Positions 39,803 to 52,701 of a stretch of DNA of 64,000 nucleotides are shown here, piece after piece. The stretch lies in assembly GCA_028023455.1 (NCBI GenBank), contig JAQFVV010000003.1:25358001-25422000 (forward strand), written 5' to 3'. Source of the stretch: Epiperipatus broadwayi (Eukaryota > Animalia > Onychophora). The notes under the pieces were generated by a model that did not search any database, was not told the DNA's origin, and saw only the letters and a program-made list of their open reading frames with translations. Each line of letters opens with the position of its first letter. Position 1 is the stretch's first letter. The position numbers were made by a program, and so were the translations under genes.

Positions 39803-40225
39803 AAACAGGCAAAACTCTCTATATGTATTGCCACTCAGTGCAAGCCAGAGTAATCAATGGATGCCAGAATGCTTGTGCATAAAATCTCCATCTAGTGCCT
39901 ACTCATCCAATACCCCCAGACTAATTTCTGGCTTGTGGCCTTTGTCAGTGAGGAGCCTAGGTGCAGTGCTCTCATATCCAAGGCTCCTCACTGACAAAAG
40001 CCACAAGCCAGAAGGCTCCTCATTGACGAAGGCCACAAGCCAGAAGGCTCCTCACTGACAAAGGCCACAAGCCAGAAACTAGTCTGGGGATATTGGAAGA
40101 GTAGGCACTAGATGGGGATTTTATGCACAAACCTTCTGGAATCCATTGATTACTCTGGCTTGCACCGAGTGACATAACAGTTATAAGCAAGCATAAGAAA
40201 TGGTGATCATATGATGTTTATTGGC
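39803..40225. repeat. Family A fold-back element with hammerheads in both arms and a 32-bp triplication
   Basis: Hammerhead motifs at 39913-39954 (-) and 40049-40090 (+), both with CUGACAA. 32-bp units at 39980-40011, 40012-40043 and 40044-40075. Confidence 0.85.
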
Positions 40226-43200
40226 TTAGTGACAAAATAAGACAAATCAGTATGTTCTTCAATCTGTGAGATCTCATAATATTGAATCTAATATGTAAGA
40301 GTTCATTTAACATAAAACAAAAAGTTCAAAAAGTATAATGCATAGTCAGTATAAGTTTTGCTTTGCTTAATGCCATATGAATCTTTTTAAATATATATTA
40401 TAGTGTTTATTTTCATTTATAAATAAAAATATCATATATTACATCATAGTGGATAGTAAACATAAAAATATAGGATAAAAGTCAGGAAACACTTTAATTA
40501 AAACTTCCTAAGTATGTCCTTTGTTGAATAACAGGTTCCACACCTACAGGCTGCAAACTACTATCTTTCTTCAAGGGTATCCTCCCATCCTTTCTCAGCA
40601 TAAAATGCAACTGAGTCAATATTTAAATAACCTCATCATGAACATATTTAATACAAAAATGAATATATTTTGTCCAAAAATGCTTTATTCCATTGTAAAA
40701 ATTCATATAGTGAATTCTATTCTTAGTAGAATACTTGCTTACTATAGTCCCATCTATAAATAGTAGTTCCAAATGTAATTATTCAATAATTTAAGATACT
40801 GGTAAAAATTTATAATATAGTTTTATATATTGAGGTGCTGAAAGAAATTCACTATGGCAAGTTATGAATACAATTAAGTATTATCACTTTTTATTTTTGT
40901 AGACTAGAATTGGTTTATATGCTTTAGTTCTGTTGAGCACACTTCAATACTTTTTCTTTGTATATTAAGTTTATCGTACTACAACCAAGTGATAACTGTT
41001 TTTGTAAAGGTGGCAGTTTGCCATTTCTTAATTACTTTAATTTTAGCATCTTAAGTTTAAAAATAGTGAATCATTTTTGCATATTTGATGCACGGTATCA
41101 ATATAGCAACAATATCTCTTATTGTCTAGTTATATTTATTTGCCTGCGGGTTAAAAAAAAAACCCTATAGATTCACCACTTATAGCAGGGTGACCATCTC
41201 CAAACAATTATGGTATCATATTTAAATGTTATTTTTAATTTTACAAACAATGTATTGACCGATATCTGACTAATCCAGATTAACCTGAAGTTTTTATTCT
41301 CCAATTAAAAATAGCTAGATACCCATTTACGAACCAAAACTATATATTAGCTAGATTAGCTATGAGTCGTTGCCATGATATTATAAACATATGTAGTCTC
41401 CTTCCCAGTTCTTTTCTAATTTTTTTTTCTGTGTATGTGTGTCGTGTGGATTGTATATGACTACTTTTATAGAATAACTAACAGTGTAAAATTAAATCTA
41501 TAATTATATATACATATGTACTATTGTTAATAAAATTATGAAAATTTATTATTAATAATTTATCAAATTCTACAATGATTAAAAGACTTATTCCCTCTCT
41601 TTAATAATATGAATCAGTTTACCTACCTTTACCTCGCAACAATGCTTTAAGCTTATTCATAATCCTAAGTGATTTGGTGGGAGTTTTATTCCTCCAGCAA
41701 CAAAAAGAGAACTCTTCTAGGCATCCCAAGCAACCATGGATTTTCCGGCCTCCAAGCAGTTTATTTTAAGCTTTGCCATACTTTATCGACGTTGAGAAAA
41801 CATTTATATAAAAAAAATTTAAATTGAGTCAGATTAATTGCCAGTCAAGTATATATTTTTTACTATTTCAAACTTTTTCGATTTCATTCGTCTTCGGACT
41901 TTTTCCTCGTTTTGAATTACAGTTAGTATATATGAATGAAAAGAGTAAAAAAAAATGCAATTCTTAAAATAATAGCAATATAGAAATTGAAAAAGAAAAA
42001 AATTATCCAATCAGAATTAATATTTTAAGAGAAAGAAGAAATGGTGTTGGGGGAGTCAAAAACTTAATATCAACTAACATCTGGTTATTCTGATCACCAA
42101 AATATCCATCCATCATTTTGACTATCATCACTTTAACATTCAAAACATATCACCAGGGGGCATAGTGATTCTACTGTATTACAATTTACTTATTTATTAT
42201 CCACAGTGAATATATAATAAAATTATACCGTAATATTATTTAAATCGGAAAATGAAAATAATTACGATCTAAAAGCGATTAAAATGTAATGCTGGATATT
42301 TAATAGTTTAAGTTTCTATTTTTTTTTTTTAATTAATTAAAATAAAATATCTTCAATTAAATTATACATAAAATATCAATTTTGGAGGGGGGGAGAATAA
42401 ATAGCAAATATTTGAAGGTTAATTGAATGCATTCCATTATGGACATTACTACTCAGAACTCCAACACGGACCATTTTTCAACTGACAACTTTGACCAAGT
42501 TACATTCCAAAGACTTGTTGTACATATAGATAGCAAATGACCAATGGTAAATGATGAAAAAATAAGAAGGAGGGGTGGGGGAGAAGCACAAAATTAGTTA
42601 AGCCATTTGACAAATGCAAAATATGTCTTTTAGGATAAATAAAACAAAAGAACTAAACTATATGATTTTCATTACAAGTATGCAAAGTAAAAATATTCAA
42701 AATAAAAATCTAACCAATAAAAACAAAAATTGTGTTAAATCATAGTTACTGCATTTCTTTCTTCATATTTAGCAGTATATTCGTCTATTATATCTAATTC
42801 CAGTAATGGCTTCGCGGTGAATAGTAGTGCATTCATTTGCCTTTTCTGAGATCTGAATTTCAACCGGGCCAAATAAACTTGAAAAATATTAAGTATAGAA
42901 TTTTTATTTCACATAACTTGCTTCAAGTTTTAGCCTAACCCCTAATATTGGTTAGACAGAGAGTAGAATGAGTCTGGAAAACTCTTGAAATTTTAGTGCT
43001 GTGATATTAGTGAGTAATGCTTTTCTCTTCATGAAGAGCTGTCGGAAAAGTGAGATCTCTGTCTTTCCTAATTTTACATAATATTCAGTGTATAGTTTTC
43101 AACATCCATTATAGCACAAAGATCTTTTTCAACACTTTCATACAAAAATTCTTTAAAAAAAGATATTACAATTCCATCTGGAGTCCTTCATGAAATTTTA

Positions 43201-46174
43201 TAACTCTGAATTAGAGATTTAAAATATTTTAATGCAAAGATCTTCCAACTTTTATGATTGCATTTACTTCTCTCTGATAGCAACAATAAATGAAGCACAT
43301 CCTATAGCAAAAATGATATATTACCAAGCATTTGTAATAATATACACCTCACTAAAGTTTATGATGTCACTCTAAAATTGAGATGCTAGAAAAAAGTGAT
43401 AGCAGAGTGTCAAACAAGGGCTAGCCACAACTGATGATGATTAATATTAGTAGTTGATCTCCTAATAATTCTACTTGCTTCTGACAGAGAGTTGAATACT
43501 TAATATTTATTTATTTTTGTAAGATGCTCAAAAGTCACTTGACTTCCTAAGCAATTAACCAAGTATATATGTTAAAAAAAATTATTTATCTAACAACAAG
43601 TACCTGGGCAATGGCTTCGAGTATTACCAGTATAACCATTATGCTAATAGTCAACCAATCTACCCACAATGATGAGTAAATGTGGAAGCAATTAATTAGT
43701 AATATCTATTTACTGAAAGATGGACATTTTTTTTTTCTGAGTTGTTTATTTGTATGCTTGAATGTCACATGACTCCTTGAGCAACTAATTGTATGATAAA
43801 ATTGTAATCTACTTATATTCGCTACTCTTCTCCCAAAAAACATATATACATTTTTAGTTGCATGAGAAGTCATTTGGTATAAAATTGTCAAAGTATCAAA
43901 TTGAATGAATCAATTTCTTACAATTAATGAAATCAAGAATTTTTTTTTTTTTTTGCTTTTGTCAGTCAGGAATTGATCCAAGAAAGTCTGCTTCTTGAGT
44001 CTACAACTTTTACTATTAGGCTAAACATAATTTAAAAAAAAAAAAAATGTATGTAAATTTAAATGCATATAAACTCAAATATTTGTCAGAAAATTTATGA
44101 TAATGGCATTTTAATTGTAACTATTTTCATTTATTAAATGTTTTATAAAAATTCAGGTTTACTTTATTTCTTTTCAAATGTGATAACCTGTTAGTAATAA
44201 CACTCAAGTTAGTATATAATATAATGTTTTTAGTGGTACTATTCTTTTTTTCAGTTTAGCATGGAAATCAAAATAGTGAATTTAAGATAATGATGCAGTA
44301 ATCAATTATGCTATTCTCTCTAAGGCAATCATCTATACAAATTTTATATACTTGTCTATAAAGGTCTTTCTGGTTTATTAAGGCAAAATTAATGAGTGGT
44401 TTTAAAACATGAATAATCATACTATGTTTTATTATTGATTATTAGACAGTGTCACATGACAGCTTTTTAAATTTTTTAAAAATAAGTATATAGAAATAAT
44501 CCAATATATAATTGTAAGTCCAAATATATGCATAGTAATTTATAGATTTAAAAAAAATAAAATAAAAAAATACACAATTTATAAGTACTTGTGCACCATA
44601 CTTAAGGTTAATGCACTTATCACTGCAAGTACTTGTCACTCATGACTTAGAATTTAAACCTGAAATAAATCAAAGATTTTTGGGAAACTGAAGATTTTTC
44701 ATATAGACTGTTTTCTCAGGTAGCTAACATAATATCAACCTATACAGTCATCAACAATTGGTCAGAAAAGATATGCAGTAGCATTTCATAACTAAAACTA
44801 TAATCCCACTATTAGATGGATATTACTGTTAAGTGAATTACATTTTACAAATGCATATAACAACAAAGTGACATGTTACTACTATTATGCCAAGTGTAGC
44901 TGCAATAACAATCTTATTTTATTAACACAATTAATTAAACAAATAAACATTTAAAATAAAAAAATTAAATAAACCCATTAATATTAACTAATTTAAAAAT
45001 TAATATTTTGGTAAATATATATTTTTATATACAAATAGTAGATGTAGATGCTATTTTAAAATTATATGCAATGCATAATATAATTCTATAATATTTTGAA
45101 AAGTTTTCAAGAGAAAGGTTTGAAAATAGAACAACCTTTCAAAAAATGCACTTCCTATATTTTTTAAATCAGATTTTAAGAGTATATTGCTACCCGTCCT
45201 ACCAAGTAGCATGCATACACAATTTAAAAGCATGGCTTATATAAACGTTTCATTAAACAAACAGTTATTACTACAAGAATCTTGTATTTTGCTATTATTA
45301 GCTGCTGAGAAAAGTTTTAAAAAAATATAAAAATTCTTGTGAACTCTTAATGTCTACTTCTATAAATTAATATTTGTGGAATTATATTGGAAAGGCTTTT
45401 GATCTGTACACTCTCCTTCCACATTTTTTTTACAATGTTTATAAACTCCAGAAGACTCTTATGTTGATGTAATTAGTGTGCTATCCTTCTGTGCCTGTGC
45501 CATGAGTTTAAAATAGAAGTGAAGCTGAAAAATTTTCAAATAACTTGGCAGCAAAACTAAATTGAATATCAAATAAGGGGCAACAAATGAGGAATTAACT
45601 ATTAACAAATTGGTGTTGAGGAACATAAGCAAGAAATGATGGCAATCAGTTCCTGATATTTATTTATCCCTTTTAAAACTATCTATGAAGATATCAAAGA
45701 CCACTAACATATATATAAACACAGGAATTCAAATACATTAACATGTTTCTAACTTTTCTTATTTCCATCCTCTTTGCTTAATTATTTTATATCAATTGCA
45801 AACTGTTCTTTATTTTTTAATTTAGACTGTATGTTTTATATTCATGAATTAAAATAGGTCATTAGTGTAATTTTAGATTTGAAGCCTGGAGGTCTAAATG
45901 AATATTCTATATAAATATGCTCCTACAAATATCAAATAGTAATTAAAAATAAATTATGATTATATTATTTCAAGATCAGGTGGATTCATTTCACGGCGAG
46001 CTCCAAGGCAAATGATTATTTTGACTGATGATAGAAATCTGATAGAAATAAATACTGTAATATTCTTAATCCTTTATAGAAACACAGTTAATTTTAAATA
46101 AAAGACTACTGCATTGTGTTTAAGTATTGCATATGGCCATTGTAAGCTAAGTTTATGTAATGTCATCATCATCA

Positions 46175-49130
46175 TCAACCATTATCAATCCACTGCAGGA
46201 TGAAGGTCTCTCCAAGTTTAATCCATCTTCTCCAATCTTTAGCTTCTCTTCTCCACAACACTCCTGCACATTTTCTTATTTCATCCATCCATCTCACATG
46301 TGGTCTCTTTCTGGGTCTTTTACAATCTCTTGGAATCCAGTTTAAAATTTCAATTGTCCATCTATTATCATCTCTTCTAGCAATATGTCCAGCCCAACTC
46401 CATTTCAATCTTTTAATTTTTTCAATAAGGTCAGTAACACCTGTTTGTTGTCTTACCCATACATTGCGTTTTCGATCTCTTCTTGTTACTCCCAACATAC
46501 ATCTCTCCATACTCCTTTGAGTGGTTTGAAGTCTTTGTATTGCTCTTCTATTAAGTGTCCAAGTCTCAGATCCATAAGTAAGAACTGGTAAAACACATTT
46601 GTTAAAAACCATCCTTTTCAAACACATAGGCATATTTCCTTTTAGTATCAAGTTATTTCTACCAAAAGCACTCCAACCAAGTTTAATTCTATGATTAATT
46701 TCCTCCATTATGTTTCCATCTGTGTTAATAATCTGACCAAGGTATTTGTAACTGTTAACTTCTTCTAATTCTTCATAATCAATCTTTATTTTCATATTTT
46801 GAGCAAATCGATTAAACATTACTTTAGTCTTTTTAACATTTATCTTTAGTCCTACTTTCCTACTTTCATCTGATAACTCTTGCAACATTTCCTGCAGCTC
46901 TGAAGCATTATTTGCAAAAACAACTACATCATCTGTGAAATCTAAATGACTTAAATAATCTCCATTTACTTTCACTTCTTTAGTTTCCCATTTTAATCCA
47001 CAAAATACTTCTTGCAGCACTGCAGTAAAAAGTTTTGGAGATATGGAGTCACCTTATCTTACACCTTTCTCAATGTTGACTTTCCCAGTATCATTATGCA
47101 ATCTAATTGTTGCTGTTGCATTTTTATAAATATTCTTTAAAATATGACAATATCCTGGATCTATACCTTGATGATCCAATGCTTTAATCACTGAAGATAT
47201 GTGTATAGAATCAAATGCCTTTTCATAATCTACAAATCCAAAACATAATGATAACTCATATTCGTTTGTCCTTTCTATGACTTCTCTCAATACCTGGATA
47301 TGATCTATTGTACTAAAACCACTTTTAAATCCAGCTTGTTCTCTTGGTTGGTGGAAATCCAAAGTTCTCTGTAGACGAGTTGTAATTATCTTGGTAAAAA
47401 TTTTATATAAAACTGATAAAAGGCTGATAGGTCTGTAATTTCTAATATCTTCTTTATCACCTTTTTTAAATATTAATATTATTACTGCATTTTTCCAATC
47501 TTCTGGTACATCTTTACCATTTAGACATTTGGTATATAACTTTGCTAAAATTGTTTCTATTTTTTCACCTGCTTCTTTTAATATATCAATTATAATTCCA
47601 TCATTTCCTGGAGCCTTTCCTTTCTTCATACACTTAATTGCACTTCTTCATTTAAAATTCTGGGCAATTCGGAAGATGTAATAGATATAGGAGGTACTTG
47701 TTCTTTATTACTATATAATTCTTGATAAAAATCTTCTACCAATTTCATGATGTCATCTCTCTTTTTAGTAATAATTCCATCTTTTTTTTTTTATTATTGC
47801 AGATATAAATTTCCTACCAATACCAAAATGTTGTTTAACATTTTTGAGACTTTTATTTTCTTCTACAGCTTTCCTTGCTATTTCACAGTTATACTTTCTT
47901 ATATCATTTTCAACTCTTTTCCGTACCATTTTACAAAATTCGAGATATTCAATTTTTTTTAATACATCATTTTTGTATATCTTCATATTCCTTCTTTTCT
48001 TCATAAATTCTCTAGTCTCAGTAGAAATTTTATTACTCAATTGCTGCTTTTTTCTACCAGCTATGTTTGTTGCAGTTTTTAAAAGTGTATCAGTTATTTT
48101 CATATTAATTTCATTCAAATCTGTATCATGTTCAAAATCTCCTAACACTTGAAACCTATTTGTAAGTTCTAATTTAAATTCATTAGAATGTTTCTGAAGA
48201 TTAGGAATATCAACTGTAAATATTGTTTTTCTTAATAATTTTTGTCTTTCTAGTTTTACATTAACGTGTAACTTACACCTTACTAATCGATGATCACTTC
48301 CTGTGTTAAATTTATTAAGAACATTACAATCTTGAAATATGTATTTTCTGTTAGTCAAAATATAATCCAATTCTGCTGTACCTTCATTTGGATGCTTCCA
48401 TGTCCATTTCCTTTTAACATTTTTCTCAAAAAATGAATTCATAATATAAAGTTTTTCTTTTTCTGCAAACTCCACAAGTCTATGTCCTCTCTCATTTCTA
48501 TTACCATAACCAAAATTACCTACAGCAATTTCATCTTTCATTTGTCTACCAATTCTAGCATTAAAGTCTCCCATAACAATTTTAAAATGTTGTTTACTCT
48601 GATCAAAAGCCTTTTGTACATCCATATAAAAATCTTCTACTACTTCATCACTATGAGAACTTGTTGAGGCATAAACCTGAATTATCTGCATTTGGTATCT
48701 GCTATTAAGTTGTATAACTAATCTTGCCACTCTGTCCGATACACCATCAATCTCCACAATATTGTTCTTCCACTTTTTATTTATAATGAATCCTACTCCA
48801 CTTGTATTTCCAATATGTGTGCCTTTATAATAGAGTATATGTCCACTTTTTAAATCAATTGTTTCTTCTCCTTTTCTTCTAACTTCACAAAGTCCAATAA
48901 TGTCCCATTTAATATAAGACAGTTCTTCTTCTAATTCTTGCAATCTTCCTTCACTTGAAAGTGATCTGCAGTTGTAAGTACTCTAAATAAAAAGTCATCA
49001 TCAAATGGCAGCCTGGGTCCGCAATCAGGGGATTCTTAGCACCCTCCACCTTCGGCCACCAACTGCTGCCTTGGTTGGTGACTTTACAGCCTCCTGGGAA
49101 TAAGGACCATGCTTTATTTTTGTCTGTCAT
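46175..49130 (-). pseudogene. RTE APE endonuclease-reverse transcriptase ORF with frameshifts
   Basis: TYNCRSL...WDIIGLCEVRR, GDFNARIG, LDYIL, GSDHRLV (47765-48943). [27 protein letters not shown] (47054-47629). HLDFTDD, YKYLGQ (46175-47020). Confidence 0.92.
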
Positions 49131-49287
49131 AATTGTATATATGTATTGGAAAAATATTTATCATTTACACAAACATTCATTCTGCCTTATCAGGCACTGA
49201 GAAGAAAGACCATGGTGTTTCTTGATCTTAAACTCAGAGGAAAAAGCCAATAAACTCACCACACTGACTAATGCATGTTGGTGAGCA

Positions 49288-49455
49288 GCCCATCCATGTT
49301 CATATACTATATGAATAATCACATAGTAATAACAGCTGCAACGACAAGAACGTATGGAGTGGACATTAGGAATTTGCCCTGCTCGGTTCCTTTAAGGCCT
49401 CCAAGAGGAATCAAAGGGTCTCCTTTCAGTTAATAGCAAACTCCTTTCTGCAGCC
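49288..49455 (-). ncRNA. HDV/CPEB3-like self-cleaving ribozyme fold at the RTE 5' end (catalytic C position is U in this copy)
   Basis: P1 GGCUGCA/UGCAGCU with a G.U pair at the cleavage site. P3 ACG/CGU with L3 UUCUUGU, then GU after P1. P4 UACUAUGUGA/UCAUAUAGUA. J4/2 UGAAC. P2 UCCAU/AUGGA. A long J1/2 contains the hairpin AGGAGUUUGC/GCAAAUUCCU. G1 abuts the TSD. Confidence 0.8.
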
Positions 49456-49485
49456 TATGTAATGTACACACACACACATATATAT

Positions 49486-49760
49486 ATGTTCACTAGAGAG
49501 AGCTTACCAATAGCTCCAATCAAGCTTTAATTTATAAGTGCCGAAAAAGAAAGAATTCAAATTCTCTATGGAATGTCCTCATCCCCAGACCAATTGGTTT
49601 CGAGTTTATGACTTACCTCAGTGATGAGCTAGAACTCCAGACACTAGATAAGTGGTCTGGGGATGAGGACATTCTGATAGAGATTTTGATTTCTTTCTCT
49701 TTTGGCACTTATAAATTAAAGCTTGATTGGAGCTATTGGTAAGCTCCCTATAGTGAACAT
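49486..49760. repeat. Family C fold-back element (~107-bp arms) with a degenerate hammerhead at 49578-49628 (-)
   Basis: Arms are near-perfect reverse complements. Minus strand reads CUCAUCA-CUGAGGU-AAGU(CAUAA)ACUC-GAAA-CCAAUUGG-UC-UGGGGAUGAG. Confidence 0.7.
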
Positions 49761-52507
49761 TTTAATACAATCTCAAAAGCAAGTTACACAATTTGTGTCT
49801 TGTTTTATTAATTATTATATATATAATCAGCCTTTTTGCTACACAATAAATAGCCCATTATAAGACAAAAGTCTTTCCAATAGCCCCTCAGTTCAGAAAT
49901 GGTGAAGAAAGTAGTGATCGATGCAGCCCTCCAAATATTGGTTAATGAGTGTTTGAGTACTATTTCATTTTTTGATTTCATCCTTTAACAAGATATCTAG
50001 ATATCCATTTACTGATCAATGTTTGATAGTTGGCTTGACTATGAACCAAATACCTGAGAAAAAAAAATCTAAATCTCTTGAAAAGAGTTTTGCTTAATTA
50101 GAACTCCAGGTAACTGTCATAACCTGAAGACATTCTATCTTTGTACAACAAAGTCTTCTTTCTATATATTTTATTAAAACCATTGAATTGATATCACCTT
50201 CTTGCAATTATATAAATAGCATTTTCCCAGAACAAAGTTTCATCTGTTTAGTTTTTCAGACTGCTCAAATATTCAAACAGTTTTCCACTGCCCTGCTTAT
50301 AATCCTCTTTTGTTACCAATAATCACATTATATTTTTCTACTAATAGATTTATCTCACAACATGTTAGGGCAATTTTATGCTGGTTATTGCAATCCTGTG
50401 TAATAATCTACTATAGTTCTGAGTTGCACTACCAAATTCTATATTGGGTAATGCAACATACAAATCTCCTGGCTAACTGGCTTTCTTCAATGAGAAGTAT
50501 TGATTTGAACCTACATAACAAGCAGACATTTTTATTTCTTTTACATTATTCAAACTAATAACTTGAGATTCATAAACACTATAAAGTTTTGATTTCAAGA
50601 AAATATGCCTGCATAATTAGTAACTCTGATACTAAATCAGTAATTATATATTTTAATGATTTCATTTCTATGTGGTAACTGTATTGTACATTAAAAAGTC
50701 TTTATGGCAAAGCTTTAATGATCTCTGTACTAATATGATGTTGATAGTTCTGTAATAATAGTGAATCTATATTTTAATTCTCATTTTTATGACTTTGAAT
50801 ATCAGTTTATTAATTTGGAGGGTGTAAAAAAGGAAAAAATGTCTGCTATATTTTGATGCAAAGTCCTATTGCTCTCCATAAAAGAAGTCGTAATAGCCAA
50901 AAACATCTGGAATTTGGATGCTGCATTATTAAATAGCATCCCTTAATTACTCATGTTTATAGGAGATGGCTTTAGGAAATAGTATGGACTGCAATTTCTA
51001 ATACATTCTTCACTTTATATGCATTTTAAAATGTATGATATCAATCTAATATTGAGAGACCAAAGTAAGTTGGGTTAAGGAAGTAGTAAACTATAATAAA
51101 CCATCAGCAAAAGATCGTCCGTTTTTCTGCATTTTGAGGAGGGGGGGGGGACGTATGCATATCATTTATAACCAGGGCATTTTCTTCCGGCTCAACTGAT
51201 CTTTGTAATTTCTTTTCTATCGTTAATTTTTACAGGCGAGTATTAAGTTTGCTGATCAAAGGAAGAAATAATTAGTCAACAAGCAATTACAAGTAAGCAA
51301 AAAACACTTGAACATTATCAATAACGTCATTAAGATGTTTTATTTCCCCCAAATAGCTTTCTTCTACACCAATTAATAAAAATTGCTATTTTCTTTCAAT
51401 AAGATTAATAATTATATTCTTTTTGGGTTTTTTAAAACAAAAATATTTATCTTTTCTTAATCAATAGATGAAAGTGAAATAATCAATAAATATTTTTCGT
51501 ATCATTATCTTGAAAAACTGTTCTTCTTAAACGTAATGACATTTCATAATACGAGCGTTTCCAAAAGATTGGAATTAAAAATAAATCATAAAACTTAAAA
51601 ATAATAATAATAGAAAGATGACATTGGCTTTTGATTGATTACTAGTCATTTCACATATAAAATACAAACGAAGCTATTGCGAAAACGAATAAAGTGTCCG
51701 AAGTGAAAGAATGCGCGCGGATTGGTAAATCATTTGTCGTGGAAAGAAGCAGATTACTTTCACAGTCACCACTGGATCATTTACAAACGCTTATGACTCT
51801 AAAATAACACAGAAGGAAAGAAATCAACTGAATAACTCTGGGAAAAATAACTACTTTTTTTACTATCTAAAAGATTAATCACCAATTAAAACCTACTTAA
51901 GGGTATCAGTTTTATTTATGAATTGCTATACACACACAAGCAATGTACAATATTAAAACTTATAGTGTAATTGCCAACACATTCTATACTAAGGATCTCA
52001 TGTTTAATTAATGCTTTGCTATACCAGGGATTCAAACCTGGATGACATTTAAACGTTTTTCTAGATTTTAAGCAAGCTTGAGATTTTTCTTTCAAATAGC
52101 TGTCCCAGATACATCCCACTAAATATTCAATCAATTCAGCAATACTTAGATATCTAGCCACTAGAGTATTAAAGTTCTAAAGTTAAAGCAGATAAATACA
52201 TGCATATTATTATGCTGACTGCATAAGGACATGACTGAAATACGATGCAGTCTTCATCAGTAAGGAATGACCAACCTTTTTTCTATTTTAATGTTCTGTA
52301 TTACATATATAAAAGAACCACATTATTAAGACAAAAGAGTCTTATGTTATAAAGTTAGAGCTTTGGCATTTGCTTCTGATCAATTCAAACTAGAGTAGAT
52401 TAGCTAGTATCTAATATTGATTTGCAAAGATATGACCTATTTACATGAGTTTTATATGCTGATTGTAAAGTACATACATAACTGCAATATTAAACCATTC
52501 AAAATTC

Positions 52508-52701
52508 AGCAAAACTCTCCATATAGTAGTGCCATCTTGTGCTAACAAGAGCAATCAATGGATGCCAGAAGGCTTGTGCATAAAATCCCTATCTAGTGCC
52601 TACTCATCCAATATCCCCAGACTAGTTTCTGGCTTGTGGCCTTCATCAGTGAGGAGCCTTGGATCTGAGAGCACTGCACCTAGATCTTAGGATCTAATGC
52701 A
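52508..52701 (-). repeat. Family A single copy
   Basis: Homologous to 39810-39980. Confidence 0.85.
52614..52655 (-). ncRNA. Family A minimal type I hammerhead ribozyme (best-preserved copy)
   Basis: UCCUCA-CUGAUGA-A-GGC(CACAA)GCC-A-GAAA-CUAG-UC-UGGGGA: 6-bp stem I, complete core, GUC cleavage triplet, palindromic CUAG stem III. Confidence 0.75.

Larger units (their letters stand above)
46164..49455 (-). mobile_element. Full-length RTE-clade LINE
   Basis: 10-bp TSD TATGTAATGT at 46154-46163 and 49456-49465; (TGA)n 3' tail (catcatcatc on +); a single APE+RT ORF. Confidence 0.92.

Noticed and set aside
51106-51121. 16-nt identity (AGCAAAAGATCGTCCG) with the PLE at ~10820
   Set aside because: A single match of this length is roughly expected by chance in 64 kb and does not extend.
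52215-52265. Minus-strand CUGAUGA with an 8-bp stem GACUGCAU/AUGCAGUC
   Set aside because: The stem is not followed by GAAA and stems I/III cannot be formed.
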